Source: Rhodoluna sp.
Lineage (GTDB): Bacteria; Actinomycetota; Actinomycetes; Actinomycetales; Microbacteriaceae
NCBI RefSeq assembly: GCF_024639375.1
Contig: NZ_JAHEIM010000003.1
Coordinates: 19,512-83,511 of the forward strand
Direction of reading: 5' to 3'
Length of the DNA: 64,000 nt
Under the pieces are notes generated by a model. The model had not been told where the DNA came from, made no database searches, and saw nothing but the letters and a program-made list of their open reading frames with translations. Positions 1-9,218 of this stretch are shown here, piece after piece (position 1 is the first letter of the stretch; each line of letters opens with the position of its first letter). The translations under genes and the position numbers were made by a program.

Positions 1-1
1 C

Positions 2-166
2 CTTTCGGTTCAGTTTGAAATCGACGAATACACTAAGTGGCGTCTGCTAGAAGGCTTGGATGACATTGGGCTAACTCTGCGTGACGAGCAAGCAATTACC
101 GATTTTGAAGCCAAGCGACCTGCTTGGTTGCCAAAGACCCTGCCAGCCAAGCACCAAGGAGCCTAA
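2..166 (+). CDS. leuD: 3-isopropylmalate dehydratase small subunit, C-terminal fragment (5' end outside window)
   Basis: Frame-2 translation [48 protein letters not shown]...* resembles the actinobacterial LeuD C-terminus as I remember it ([14 protein letters not shown]). Stop TAA 164-166 overlaps the murA ATG (TAATG). Confidence 0.7.
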   Translation, partial: LSVQFEIDEYTKWRLLEGLDDIGLTLRDEQAITDFEAKRPAWLPKTLPAKHQGA

Positions 167-1479
167 TGAGCCAGATCACCGTTCACGGTGGCAAGCCGCT
201 AATTGGTCGCGTTGACCTGAAGGGCGCTAAGAACCTGGTCACCAAGGCCATGGTTGCTGCATTGCTTGGCGAAACCCCAAGCATTCTTAAAGATGTTCCT
301 TTCATTAGCGATGTTGAAATTGTTTCGCGTTTGCTGCAGTTGCACGGTGTAAAAATCGAGCACGCCGAAGACGGCACAATGCACCTTGACCCAAGCAACG
401 TGGCATCGGCTCGAATGATCGACATTGATGCGCACGCTGGTTCTTCACGAATTCCAATTTTGTTTTGTGGTCCATTGCTACACCGATTGGGTGAGGCTTT
501 CATCCCGGGCCTAGGTGGCTGCCACATTGGCGATCGACCAATCGACTTTCACTTCGAGGTGCTGCGCAACTTTGGCGCAGTAATTGAGGAACTTGAAAAC
601 GGAACCCGACTTTCTGCACCAAAGGGTTTGCACGGCGCAAAAATTAAGTTGCCGTACCCTTCAGTGGGTGCAACTGAGCAAGTGCTTTTGACTGCAACTC
701 GTGCGCAGGGAGTTACCGAACTTTCAGGTGCAGCCATCGAACCAGAAATCATGGACCTAATCGCCATCTTGCAAAAGATGGGCGCAATCATTTCGGTGGA
801 CACCGACCGTGTGATTCGCATCGAAGGCGTTAAAGAGCTTCGCGGTTACACACACCGTGCATTATTCGACCGCAACGAAGCTGCTTCTTGGGCTTGTGCG
901 GCACTCGCCACCAAGGGTGACATTTTTGTTGGTGGCGCTCGTCAGGGCGAAATGACAACATTCTTGAATGTGTTCCGCAAAGTTGGCGGTGCGTTTGAAA
1001 TTGAAGATGATGGCATTCGTTTTTATCACCCGGGTGGCGAGCTAAAGCCGGTTGTTCTAGAGACAGATGTGCACCCAGGTTTCATGACCGACTGGCAGCA
1101 GCCACTTGTGGTTGCTTTGACTCAGGCCACTGGTCTTTCAATCATTCACGAAACCGTTTATGAAAACCGATTTGGTTTCACCGATGCGCTGGTTCAAATG
1201 GGTGCGCAAATTCAGATTTACCGCGAGTGCCTTGGTGGCACAGCATGCCGCTTTGGTCAGCGCAACTTTAACCACTCAGCTGTAATCTCGGGTCCAACCG
1301 AACTGCATGCGGCCGACATTAGAGTGCCTGACTTGCGTGGTGGTTTTAGCCACATGGTTGCAGCACTGGCCGCAAAGGGAACCTCAAACGTGACCAACGT
1401 TCAGTTGATCTCTCGCGGCTATGAGCACTTCTTGCAGAAGCTCACCGACCTCGGCGCCGACTTCACCTACACCGAATAA
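166..1479 (+). CDS. murA: UDP-N-acetylglucosamine 1-carboxyvinyltransferase
   Basis: [23 protein letters not shown] start typical of MurA. Catalytic loop PGLGGCHIGDRPIDFH present. The ORF-track start at 124 overlaps leuD, so I trimmed to ATG 166. Confidence 0.93.
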   Translation: MSQITVHGGKPLIGRVDLKGAKNLVTKAMVAALLGETPSILKDVPFISDVEIVSRLLQLHGVKIEHAEDGTMHLDPSNVASARMIDIDAHAGSSRIPILFCGPLLHRLGEAFIPGLGGCHIGDRPIDFHFEVLRNFGAVIEELENGTRLSAPKGLHGAKIKLPYPSVGATEQVLLTATRAQGVTELSGAAIEPEIMDLIAILQKMGAIISVDTDRVIRIEGVKELRGYTHRALFDRNEAASWACAALATKGDIFVGGARQGEMTTFLNVFRKVGGAFEIEDDGIRFYHPGGELKPVVLETDVHPGFMTDWQQPLVVALTQATGLSIIHETVYENRFGFTDALVQMGAQIQIYRECLGGTACRFGQRNFNHSAVISGPTELHAADIRVPDLRGGFSHMVAALAAKGTSNVTNVQLISRGYEHFLQKLTDLGADFTYTE

Positions 1480-1481
1480 AA

Positions 1482-2264
1482 ATGGCCAGCTCAAAGCGCG
1501 AACTGCCAATGCCGGTGATCGGTCCTAAAGAACGACACTTCAAACTAAGTGCTGTGGCCGCGTTGTTGATTCCAATGGTTCGACTTATGTTTCACGTAAA
1601 GGCGCGCAACGTTGACCGATTGCCTAAAAAGGGCGCTTATGTTTTGGTTTCAAACCACGTAACCAATGTCGACGCACTAGCAATTGCATATTTCGTTTAC
1701 GTGATTCTTAAGCGGGCACCACACTTCTTGACCAAAGAGGGCCTGTTTCACGTTCCGGTACTAGGCAAGATTTTGCTCACCGCCGGCCAGATACCGGTTT
1801 ACCGCACCGGCAAACGAAACGATGAACCGCTAAAGGCTGCGCACGCCTACCTAAATGCAGGGCACACCATCGCGATTTTCCCTGAGGGCACTTTAACTCG
1901 CAATCCAGACCTTTGGCCAATGCGAGGCAAGACCGGAGCAATCCGACTTGCTCTAGAAAGCAATGTTCCGGTTTATCCGGTGGCGCACTGGGGCAGCGAA
2001 AAGATTCTGCCTCAATATGGCAACAAGTTTCGCCCAGGTTTTTGGAAGCCAGTGCAGGTTGTGGTTGGAAATGAAATCGACTTGTCAAAATTTCGCAAGC
2101 CACAGTTGAGCCCAGCCGAGGTATACGAGGCAACCGAGTTGGTCATGCATAAAATTACAGAGTTAGTCGAAGAGCTTCGCGGTGAGAAATCATCAGGAGA
2201 ACTTTGGGACCCTGTAAAAGCGGGTCAAGCAGTCACCGGCAACTTTAAGAAGGCGAGCAAGTAA
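1482..2264 (+). CDS. 1-acyl-sn-glycerol-3-phosphate (lysophospholipid) acyltransferase family protein
   Basis: HX4D motif (NHVTNVD) and FPEGT motif. Sits upstream of gpsA. Confidence 0.85.
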   Translation: MASSKRELPMPVIGPKERHFKLSAVAALLIPMVRLMFHVKARNVDRLPKKGAYVLVSNHVTNVDALAIAYFVYVILKRAPHFLTKEGLFHVPVLGKILLTAGQIPVYRTGKRNDEPLKAAHAYLNAGHTIAIFPEGTLTRNPDLWPMRGKTGAIRLALESNVPVYPVAHWGSEKILPQYGNKFRPGFWKPVQVVVGNEIDLSKFRKPQLSPAEVYEATELVMHKITELVEELRGEKSSGELWDPVKAGQAVTGNFKKASK

Positions 2265-2266
2265 CC

Positions 2267-3271
2267 GTGGCAAAAATTGCAGTGATGGGCGCCGGTAGCT
2301 GGGGCACAACTTTTGCCAAGGTGTTGGCAGACAATCCAGAAAATCAAGTAATGCTTTGGGCCCGCCGCGAAGATGTAGCCGACGAAATTAATCAGGAACA
2401 CCGAAACGGTGATTACCTGCCAGGCATCAACCTGCCAAAGGCTTTGGTTGCCTCGACAAATGTTTCTGAAGTTCTAGCCGACGCCAAAATTGTTTTTCTT
2501 TCGGTTCCGTCACAAACGCTTCGTGAAAACCTTGCTGCTTGGGGAGACGATTTGCCTGCAGATGCCATCATCGTGAGTTTGATGAAGGGTGTTGAAAAGG
2601 AAACCGGTCTTCGCATGAGTGAAGTGATTGCCGAAGCCACAAACTTTTCAGCCGATCAAATTGCAGTGCTTTCGGGCCCAAACCTTTCGCTCGAAATTGC
2701 CAGCGAAAACCCAACCGCATCGGTTGCCGCTTCAACCAACAAAGACACCGCGGTTACAGTGGCAGAGGCTGCAAAGAACTCTTACTTCACAACTTTCACC
2801 AACCGTGATGTGATTGGCACCGAGTTCGGTGGCATTCTGAAAAACCTGATTGCAGTAGCAATTGGAATTGTTGACGGTGTTGGCTACGGCGAGAACACCA
2901 AGGCTTCCATCATGACTCGCGGTCTTGCCGAGATTTCACGCTTTGCCGTTGCCTATGGCGCCAAGGCAAACACAATGGTTGGCCTTGCCGGTCTTGGTGA
3001 CTTGATTGCCACCGCCGAATCGCCACTATCTCGAAACCATAAAGCCGGCGAGATGCTTGGCAAGGGCTATTCTCTGCGCGAGGTTAAGAAGCGCATGTCG
3101 CAAACTGCCGAAGGCTTGTCTTCGGTGGCGCCAGTGCTTGCGCTTGCCGCAGCCAAGGGAGTTTCAATGCCAATTGTTGAGCAGGTTCAGGCCGTGCTCG
3201 AAGGCACCATGAACCCGCGAGATATTGCACCGCACCTAACCACCGAAACCGACGGACCCCTGGGCGAATAA
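2267..3271 (+). CDS. gpsA: NAD(P)H-dependent glycerol-3-phosphate dehydrogenase
   Basis: N-terminal Rossmann motif MGAGSWGT, GpsA-like body. GTG start; stop overlaps the ddl ATG. Confidence 0.93.
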   Translation: MAKIAVMGAGSWGTTFAKVLADNPENQVMLWARREDVADEINQEHRNGDYLPGINLPKALVASTNVSEVLADAKIVFLSVPSQTLRENLAAWGDDLPADAIIVSLMKGVEKETGLRMSEVIAEATNFSADQIAVLSGPNLSLEIASENPTASVAASTNKDTAVTVAEAAKNSYFTTFTNRDVIGTEFGGILKNLIAVAIGIVDGVGYGENTKASIMTRGLAEISRFAVAYGAKANTMVGLAGLGDLIATAESPLSRNHKAGEMLGKGYSLREVKKRMSQTAEGLSSVAPVLALAAAKGVSMPIVEQVQAVLEGTMNPRDIAPHLTTETDGPLGE

Positions 3272-4353
3272 TGCCAAAGCTCAAAGTCGTTTTGCTATTT
3301 GGTGGCAAAAGCAGCGAACACTCAATTTCTTGCGCTACCGCAGCCGGTGTTATGGGTGCAATTGATCGCAGCAAATATGAATTGATCACAGTTGGCATCA
3401 CTAAGGCTGGCGTGTTTGTGCCAGCCGAAGATAACGCCCAACGCTGGGCGCTGCGCAAAAATGAATTGGCCACCGTCGAAGACGCCGGCGCTCGAATTGA
3501 TTTTGCTATGGATGGCTCGCGCGAAATCTTTGAAGCTTCCGCCGATGGCAATCGTCGAAGCCTTGGCGCAGTCGATGTGGTGTTTCCGGTATTACACGGC
3601 CCATTTGGCGAAGATGGCACCATGCAGGGTTTTCTTGAGCTAGCCGGCATCCCTTATGTTGGCAACGGCGTGCTTGCTTCTGCAGCCGGCATGGATAAAG
3701 AATTCACGAAGGCAATTTTTCAAGATGCCAAAATTCCCGTCACAGCTCACGTAGTGATTCGCGAAGGCCAGTGGCAGCAAGACCCTGAAAGTTCTATCGA
3801 AGCAGTGCACCGCTTGGGCGGGTTGCCAGTGTTTGTGAAACCAGCACGTGCCGGCTCATCGGTTGGCGTTTCAAAAGTAAAAACTTGGGATGAATTCGGC
3901 CCGGCAGTTGCCGTTGCTTTTGAGCACGACAACAAAATTGTTGTTGAGCACGAAGTTGTTGGCCGCGAGGTTGAATGTGCCGTTCTCGAAGGTCGCAAAA
4001 GTGCAAAGCCAAGAGTTAGCGTGGCTGGCGAGATTGTAGTTAAGGGTCGCGAATTTTATGACTTCGATGCCAAATACCAAGACGAGGCATCGGTCGATCT
4101 AATCATCCCCGCAAAAATGTCTGAAGACGAGCTGCTCGAAATGCAAAGTATTGCGCGTCGAGCTTTTATTGCACTTGGCTGCGAAGGTTTGGCTCGAGTT
4201 GATTTCTTCTTGACTAAAAAAGGCTTCGTGGTGAACGAAATCAACACCATGCCTGGCTTCACTCCGTTGTCGATGTTTCCATCACTTTGGCAAGCAACGG
4301 GAATTGGTTATGCCGCACTCATCGACGAACTAATTGAATTGGCTCTGGTTTAG
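3271..4353 (+). CDS. ddl: D-alanine--D-alanine ligase
   Basis: LFGGKSSEHSIS and HGPFGEDGTMQG motifs, ATP-grasp body, NTMPGFT near the C-terminus. Confidence 0.95.
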   Translation: MPKLKVVLLFGGKSSEHSISCATAAGVMGAIDRSKYELITVGITKAGVFVPAEDNAQRWALRKNELATVEDAGARIDFAMDGSREIFEASADGNRRSLGAVDVVFPVLHGPFGEDGTMQGFLELAGIPYVGNGVLASAAGMDKEFTKAIFQDAKIPVTAHVVIREGQWQQDPESSIEAVHRLGGLPVFVKPARAGSSVGVSKVKTWDEFGPAVAVAFEHDNKIVVEHEVVGREVECAVLEGRKSAKPRVSVAGEIVVKGREFYDFDAKYQDEASVDLIIPAKMSEDELLEMQSIARRAFIALGCEGLARVDFFLTKKGFVVNEINTMPGFTPLSMFPSLWQATGIGYAALIDELIELALV

Positions 4354-4796
4354 CCCAAACATTTTTTAGTGGGCGAAATATATTTCACCGAGCCACCAAG
4401 AGTTTCTAAAGCAGTGACTCCCGCAATTTTGGTTGAATCCACAATTACTTCGGTGGCTGGGTTCTGCCCAAAACTTATAAAGCGATATGACGGCGACTTG
4501 CTATCGTCAACCAACCAGTCAACTCCGCCAGCGGTAACACACTGCAGTGAGCTAACTTCAACGGGAGGTAATCCGCAGCGCAAAATTACCGCAGTTGGAT
4601 TGCCCCAGGCCCCAGTGGCCTGAGCGTTGGTGCTACGGCGCTCAAGGTTGTCGATTGTGTCTGGCAATCGCACCGAAATATCGGCGCACTTTGGGTTGTT
4701 GGCATCGGGTGCTGCATCAATTACAACCACTGCGCTGCAGCCGGTGAGCATCGGCAAAACCAAGGCGCTGGCGGCTAGAACGCGAAATATTTTCAT
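4350..4796 (-). CDS. DUF3515-like secreted lipoprotein
   Basis: Signal peptide with lipobox LTGCS. Position between ddl and thiL matches mycobacteria. Start is ATG 4796 (or TTG 4799). Confidence 0.7.
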   Translation of the reverse strand: MKIFRVLAASALVLPMLTGCSAVVVIDAAPDANNPKCADISVRLPDTIDNLERRSTNAQATGAWGNPTAVILRCGLPPVEVSSLQCVTAGGVDWLVDDSKSPSYRFISFGQNPATEVIVDSTKIAGVTALETLGGSVKYISPTKKCLG

Positions 4797-4803
4797 CAAC
4801 TAC

Positions 4804-4809
4804 AGGCTA
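4804..4809 (-). promoter_or_regulatory. -10 box TAGCCT placed for a leaderless DUF3515 transcript
   Basis: Minus strand reads TAGCCT-gtagttg-ATG (7-nt spacer). No SD is present. Confidence 0.4.
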
Positions 4810-4813
4810 CCTT
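4808..4813 (+). promoter_or_regulatory. -10 box TACCTT placed for a leaderless thiL transcript
   Basis: TACCTT-tgttat-GTG(4820), 6-nt spacer. No SD is present. Confidence 0.45.
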
Positions 4814-4819
4814 TGTTAT

Positions 4820-5797
4820 GTGTCTTCTGCAGAAACCATCAGCTCGCTCGGCGAAAACGAGAGCCTAAAGCGCACCATTTCGCGCCTAAATTCTTCAAGC
4901 AGCGCCCTGGTTGGCCCGGGTGATGATTCGGCGGTTATTTCAGCCCCGGATGGCAAATTCGTGGTGACCACCGACACCTTGGTTGAGGGGCACGACTTTA
5001 AAACCGAGTGGTCAAGCGGCTATGACTTGGGCTACAAAGCGGTGGCCAGCAATATTGCCGATGTGGCCGCCATGGGCGCTGTGCCAACCTCGTTGGTGGT
5101 TGCCGTGGCTGCTCCCGGGCACACTGAAATTTCTTGGCTCGAAGCATTTGCCGATGGGCTGCGTGATGCCTGCGAAAAATTGGCCCCCGGATGCGGCGTG
5201 GTTGGTGGTGACCTGGCAGCCAGCGAACAGATCGTGATTTCAGTTGCCGCGCACGGCAGCCTTGAGGGCCGTGAGCCGGTTTTGCGCAGCGGAGCACAGG
5301 TTGGTGATGTGCTGGCGGTTGCCGGCACTTTGGGCCGTGCAGCAGCCGGTTTGGCTTTGTTGCAAAGCGGCAATCAAGATGCCATTCACGCCTATGACGA
5401 TTGGGTGAATGTTCAACGTCGCCCACAGCCACCTATTGCAGCTGGTGTTGATGCAGCCAAAACTGGCGCAACCTCGATGCTAGATGTTTCAGATGGACTT
5501 GCAAAAGATGCAACTCGAATTGCAAAAGCTTCTAACGTGACACTGCAAATTGATCCACTGCAGTTGCAAGGTTTCGAAGCGGTTATCGAAGAGGCAGCTC
5601 GCGCAATTGATGCAGAAGCAATGGAATGGGTGCTTACCGGTGGCGAAGACCACGCACTGTTGGCAACCTTTCCGGCCGATGCAAAACTTCCGCGCGCGTT
5701 TAAACCAATTGGTATAGTTTTGCCGCAAGGTGCTGCGCCTTTGATGCTTGGCGCGCAACCATTGCCAGAACTCGGCTGGGATTCAATCCGTGGTTAA
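4820..5797 (+). CDS. thiL: thiamine-monophosphate kinase
   Basis: AIR-synthase-like fold motifs (GDDSAV, TTDTLVEGHDF, GGDL). Conserved position next to ddl. Confidence 0.9.
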   Translation: MSSAETISSLGENESLKRTISRLNSSSSALVGPGDDSAVISAPDGKFVVTTDTLVEGHDFKTEWSSGYDLGYKAVASNIADVAAMGAVPTSLVVAVAAPGHTEISWLEAFADGLRDACEKLAPGCGVVGGDLAASEQIVISVAAHGSLEGREPVLRSGAQVGDVLAVAGTLGRAAAGLALLQSGNQDAIHAYDDWVNVQRRPQPPIAAGVDAAKTGATSMLDVSDGLAKDATRIAKASNVTLQIDPLQLQGFEAVIEEAARAIDAEAMEWVLTGGEDHALLATFPADAKLPRAFKPIGIVLPQGAAPLMLGAQPLPELGWDSIRG

Positions 5798-5812
5798 GCG
5801 ATTGGCAAAAAA

Positions 5813-6757
5813 CTAAGCGTGCAGTTGGCTGTTTAGTTCGATGCCAACACCGCTGCGAGGCAAGACCTCAACGCGGCCGCTTACCGAATTGCGACGGAAC
5901 AATAGATTCGCAACTCCTGAAAGTTCGGCGGCCTTTGCGGTGCGTTCAGCCCCGCCATCAATAATGGTCACCTTGGTTCCGGCGGTTACATAGAGGCCAG
6001 CTTCAACAACTGAGTCGTCGCCAATCGAAATTCCAACGCCGGCGTTCGCGCCAAGCAACGCACGTGCACCAATCGCTACACGCTCGCGGCCGCCACCAGA
6101 AAGTGTGCCCATGATTGATGCGCCACCGCCGATGTCTGCACCATCGCCAACTACAACACCTTGAGAGATGCGACCTTCAACCATTGAGGTGCCTAGGGTG
6201 CCAGCATTAAAGTTCACGAAGCCTTCGTGCATGATGGTGGTTCCCGGTGAAAGGTGTGCGCCCAAACGAACGCGCGAGGCATCGGCGATGCGCACCTTGC
6301 GAGGGGTCACGTAGTCAACCATGCGCGGGAACTTGTCGATTGCATAAACGCTGATGCCGGCACGGGTAAGCGCCGGGCGTAAAACGTCAAGGTCATCAAG
6401 AGCTACTGGGCCAACGTTTGTGAAAGCCACAATCGGCAGGTTGGGAATCAAGCCTTCAAGGTTGATGGTGTTTGGTTTGACCAGCAGGTGCGAAAGCAAG
6501 TGCAAGCGCAAATACGCATCCGCGGTTGAAGTGACCGGCACTGTTAGGTCAACCTCGGTGTTGATCACCTGGGTGGTCACGCGGCGGCGGTCGTCTTTGC
6601 CAACTAGGGCATCGAGTTCTTTAGGCACAACCCACAGCGCGTCTGATTTTGGGGCATCGCCAAGTGCAGGCGTTGGATACCAAACATCGAGAACGGTGCC
6701 ATCTGCGGCAAGGGTAGCGAGGCCGTGGCCCCAAGCTTTGCTGTCTAAGAACGTCAT
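5813..6757 (-). CDS. dapD: 2,3,4,5-tetrahydropyridine-2,6-dicarboxylate N-succinyltransferase
   Basis: Hexapeptide-repeat C-terminal half and actinobacterial DapD-like N-terminus [16 protein letters not shown]. The ORF-track start at 6895 runs into dapE, so I trimmed to ATG 6757. Confidence 0.88.
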   Translation of the reverse strand: MTFLDSKAWGHGLATLAADGTVLDVWYPTPALGDAPKSDALWVVPKELDALVGKDDRRRVTTQVINTEVDLTVPVTSTADAYLRLHLLSHLLVKPNTINLEGLIPNLPIVAFTNVGPVALDDLDVLRPALTRAGISVYAIDKFPRMVDYVTPRKVRIADASRVRLGAHLSPGTTIMHEGFVNFNAGTLGTSMVEGRISQGVVVGDGADIGGGASIMGTLSGGGRERVAIGARALLGANAGVGISIGDDSVVEAGLYVTAGTKVTIIDGGAERTAKAAELSGVANLLFRRNSVSGRVEVLPRSGVGIELNSQLHA

Positions 6758-6764
6758 GGATACA

Positions 6765-6770
6765 AGGTTA
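6765..6770 (-). promoter_or_regulatory. -10 box TAACCT placed for a leaderless dapD transcript
   Basis: Minus strand reads TAACCT-tgtatcc-ATG(6757). Confidence 0.4.
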
Positions 6771-6775
6771 CAAGT

Positions 6776-6781
6776 TAGGCT
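6776..6781 (+). promoter_or_regulatory. -10 box TAGGCT placed for a leaderless dapE transcript
   Basis: TAGGCT-cgtttt-GTG(6788), 6-nt spacer. Confidence 0.45.
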
Positions 6782-6787
6782 CGTTTT

Positions 6788-7867
6788 GTGACTGTTGCCT
6801 TGAATCTTGCCGCCGATGTTGTTGAACTCACTCGCGCTATTTGCGACATTGAATCCGTTTCTGGCAACGAAACTGCTCTGGCCGATGCCATTCACGAGGC
6901 GCTGGCAAAATGCTCACACCTTGAAATCACTCGGGATGGCGATGCCATTGTGGCTCGCACCAATTTGGGGCGCCCAAGCCGAGTTGTGATTGCCGGTCAC
7001 ATTGACACCGTGCCGGTGGCCGACAACCTGCCAACCAAATTGCTATCAATGGAACGCGAACAAGTGCTTTGGGGTCGAGGCGTGGTTGACATGAAGGCTG
7101 GCGTTGCCGTGCAGCTCAAGCTTGCTGCCGAGCTAACCGAGCCAAATCAAGACGTCACCTGGATCTTCTATGACCACGAAGAAGTGGAAGCAACTAAGAA
7201 CGGTTTGGGTCGTTTGGCTCGCAACCACCCAAATTTGATCGCCGCCGATTTTGCTGTTTTGTGCGAGCCGACCTCAGGTGAAGTTGAAGGTGGCTGCAAT
7301 GGCACCCTTCGCGCCGAATTGAAGTTTGCCGGCGTAAAGGCTCACTCAGCCCGACCTTGGATGGGCAAGAACGCAATCCACGGTGCCGCTCAGGCACTCA
7401 CCACTTTGGCTGGCTATGCGCCATCCGAGGTAAGTGTTGATGGATTGGTCTATCGCGAAAGCCTGAATGCTGTTCTAATCAAGGGCGGCATCGCCACCAA
7501 CGTGATTCCCGACGATTGCGTGATCACGGTGAATTACCGTTTTGCGCCAAGCAAGTCAGCGGCTGATGCCGAGGCTCACCTGCGCCAGGTATTTGCCGGG
7601 GTCGACCTTGAAATTACTGATGCGGCCGAAGGCGCACGCCCCGGATTAGACCGCCCCGAGGCCATTGCGTTCCTAGCCGCCACAGGCTCACAGGCGCGAC
7701 CAAAATATGGCTGGACCGACGTTGCACGATTCAGCGCGCTGGGCATTCCTGCGGTGAATTATGGCCCTGGCGACCCAAGCAAGGCACACGCCGACGACGA
7801 GGCACTGCCGGTTAGTCAGATCTATGCGGTCGAGACCGGCTTGCGCGCCTGGCTCAGCGCTAAGTGA
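6788..7867 (+). CDS. dapE: succinyl-diaminopimelate desuccinylase (M20 peptidase family)
   Basis: M20 motifs ([15 protein letters not shown]). Divergent from dapD. Confidence 0.88.
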   Translation: MTVALNLAADVVELTRAICDIESVSGNETALADAIHEALAKCSHLEITRDGDAIVARTNLGRPSRVVIAGHIDTVPVADNLPTKLLSMEREQVLWGRGVVDMKAGVAVQLKLAAELTEPNQDVTWIFYDHEEVEATKNGLGRLARNHPNLIAADFAVLCEPTSGEVEGGCNGTLRAELKFAGVKAHSARPWMGKNAIHGAAQALTTLAGYAPSEVSVDGLVYRESLNAVLIKGGIATNVIPDDCVITVNYRFAPSKSAADAEAHLRQVFAGVDLEITDAAEGARPGLDRPEAIAFLAATGSQARPKYGWTDVARFSALGIPAVNYGPGDPSKAHADDEALPVSQIYAVETGLRAWLSAK

Positions 7868-7965
7868 ATTTTTCTGTAATTAAGAAACGATTCGGTATTT
7901 ACCCTCTGTAACCGCGTGGGATAATGGTAGTTCGGCATAAATGCCGGCAATGCAAGGAGTAATAA

Positions 7966-8139
7966 ATGGCAGCAATGAAGCCACGCACAGGCGATGGGCC
8001 GATGGAAGCAGAACGCGAGCCGCGAGGTCTAATCATTCTTCGAGTGCCACTCGAGGGCGGGGGACGCCTAGTAGTTTCAGTAAACGACGAAGAAGCTAAG
8101 AACCTTCACCAGGTTCTTGCAGGAGTAGTCAAGAAATAA
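7966..8139 (+). CDS. DUF3117 small conserved actinobacterial protein (57 aa)
   Basis: Not in the ORF track because it is under 60 aa. Sequence: MAAMKPRTGDGPMEAEREPRGLIILRVPLEGGGRLVVSVNDEEAKNLHQVLAGVVKK. AAGGAG lies 6 nt upstream and a terminator follows. Confidence 0.85.
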   Translation: MAAMKPRTGDGPMEAEREPRGLIILRVPLEGGGRLVVSVNDEEAKNLHQVLAGVVKK

Positions 8140-8150
8140 GTTTTTCAAAT

Positions 8151-8182
8151 AAAAAAGCCGGTCATTATTGACCGGCTTTTTT
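8151..8182. terminator. bidirectional intrinsic terminator
   Basis: aaaaaaGCCGGTCAttatTGACCGGCtttttt, with an A-tract on one side and a T-tract on the other. Lies between convergent DUF3117 and the methyltransferase, whose last codons are inside the stem. Confidence 0.85.
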
Positions 8183-8800
8183 GCTTGCGATGAGCAAACC
8201 ATCGCCTGCTGGTGACAGCACCGAAATGAAATCATCGTTGTTGCTGAAGAATCGCAACACGTCTCGATAAACCGCTGTGGCATCATCGCGCATTGCTGGG
8301 TCTGGCACTCGATCGCGCCAAAGTGCGTGTGCTATTGCCACCACGCCACCCGGGCGAAGCAATCTTGAAGCTTCGCGAAGTTGCTCTTCAAGGGTTTCGC
8401 GATCGGCGTCTAGAAAAACCAAGTCGTAGGCGGCATCAGCCATGTTTGACATCACATCGATTGCACGGCCGCTGATCACGCGCGTGCGATTGGCAGCAAT
8501 CTTGGCTTCGCCGAAAGCCTTTTTTGCTGCCGTCTGAAATTCTGACTCGGTGTCAATTGTTGCTAGCACGGCAGTTGCTGAGCCACTTAGTAGCCAAAGG
8601 CCACTTAAGCCGGTGCCAGTGCCAGCCTCAACAATTGCCTTGGCGCCAAGGGCAGAAACCAAAATTGCAAGGTGTGCGCCAACCGATGGCGTGATGCACT
8701 CGACGCCTAGTTCTTCAGCGCGGCCACGAGCATTACGAAAAGACTCGGGTTCGTTTGAGAAGTCTTCGGTGAACTTCCAACTGCTGATTTTGTCTGCCAT
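8165..8800 (-). CDS. class I SAM-dependent O-methyltransferase
   Basis: SAM-binding motif VEAGTGTGLSG and FLDADRE. AAGGAG-tggca-ATG supports a start at 8800 rather than GTG 8806. Confidence 0.8.
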   Translation of the reverse strand: MADKISSWKFTEDFSNEPESFRNARGRAEELGVECITPSVGAHLAILVSALGAKAIVEAGTGTGLSGLWLLSGSATAVLATIDTESEFQTAAKKAFGEAKIAANRTRVISGRAIDVMSNMADAAYDLVFLDADRETLEEQLREASRLLRPGGVVAIAHALWRDRVPDPAMRDDATAVYRDVLRFFSNNDDFISVLSPAGDGLLIASKKAGQ

Positions 8801-8867
8801 TGCCACTCCTTGGTCAAAGCATAAAGTGCAATTTGCCGATTACCGGTTATTCAAGGGGTAACCTGAA

Positions 8868-9218
8868 ATGGTGTTTGGGCTAAGCGGCGAGAAACTCCTG
8901 ATTCTGGGGTTAATTGCCGTTTTTGTTTTGGGGCCAGATCGACTTCCGCACTACGCCCAGCAGCTTGCTAAGTTTGCAAAATCGGTGCGACGCATGGCCG
9001 ATGGTGCAAAAGGTCAGTTATCCGCAGAAATTGGCGAAGAACTGGACTGGAAGAAATTGGACCCGCGCCAATATGACCCGCGTCGAATTATTCGTGAGGC
9101 CTTAGCTGAAGATGTTGCTGCGCCGGCAAATGCCACAGTTCTGAACCAAACAAAGCAGCAGGCTCAGCCACGATTGCAGTCGGGCGAGCAAGCACCGTTC
9201 GATAGCGAAGCGACCTAA
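8868..9218 (+). CDS. tatB: Sec-independent protein translocase TatB-like
   Basis: N-terminal TM plus amphipathic helix (LILGLIAVFVLGPDRLP). Pro/Gln-rich tail. Confidence 0.8.
   Translation: MVFGLSGEKLLILGLIAVFVLGPDRLPHYAQQLAKFAKSVRRMADGAKGQLSAEIGEELDWKKLDPRQYDPRRIIREALAEDVAAPANATVLNQTKQQAQPRLQSGEQAPFDSEAT

Noticed and set aside
5813-6895. Over-long ORF-track N-termini (dapD to 6895, APH-like to 20742, YflT-like from 13273, PHP from 15337, rho from 46168, murA from 124, tag to 61353, atpC from 58923)
   Set aside because: The extensions overlap well-supported neighbouring genes and are non-homologous junk sequence. Internal starts with TANNNT-N6/7 boxes, SDs or family-typical N-termini fit better.
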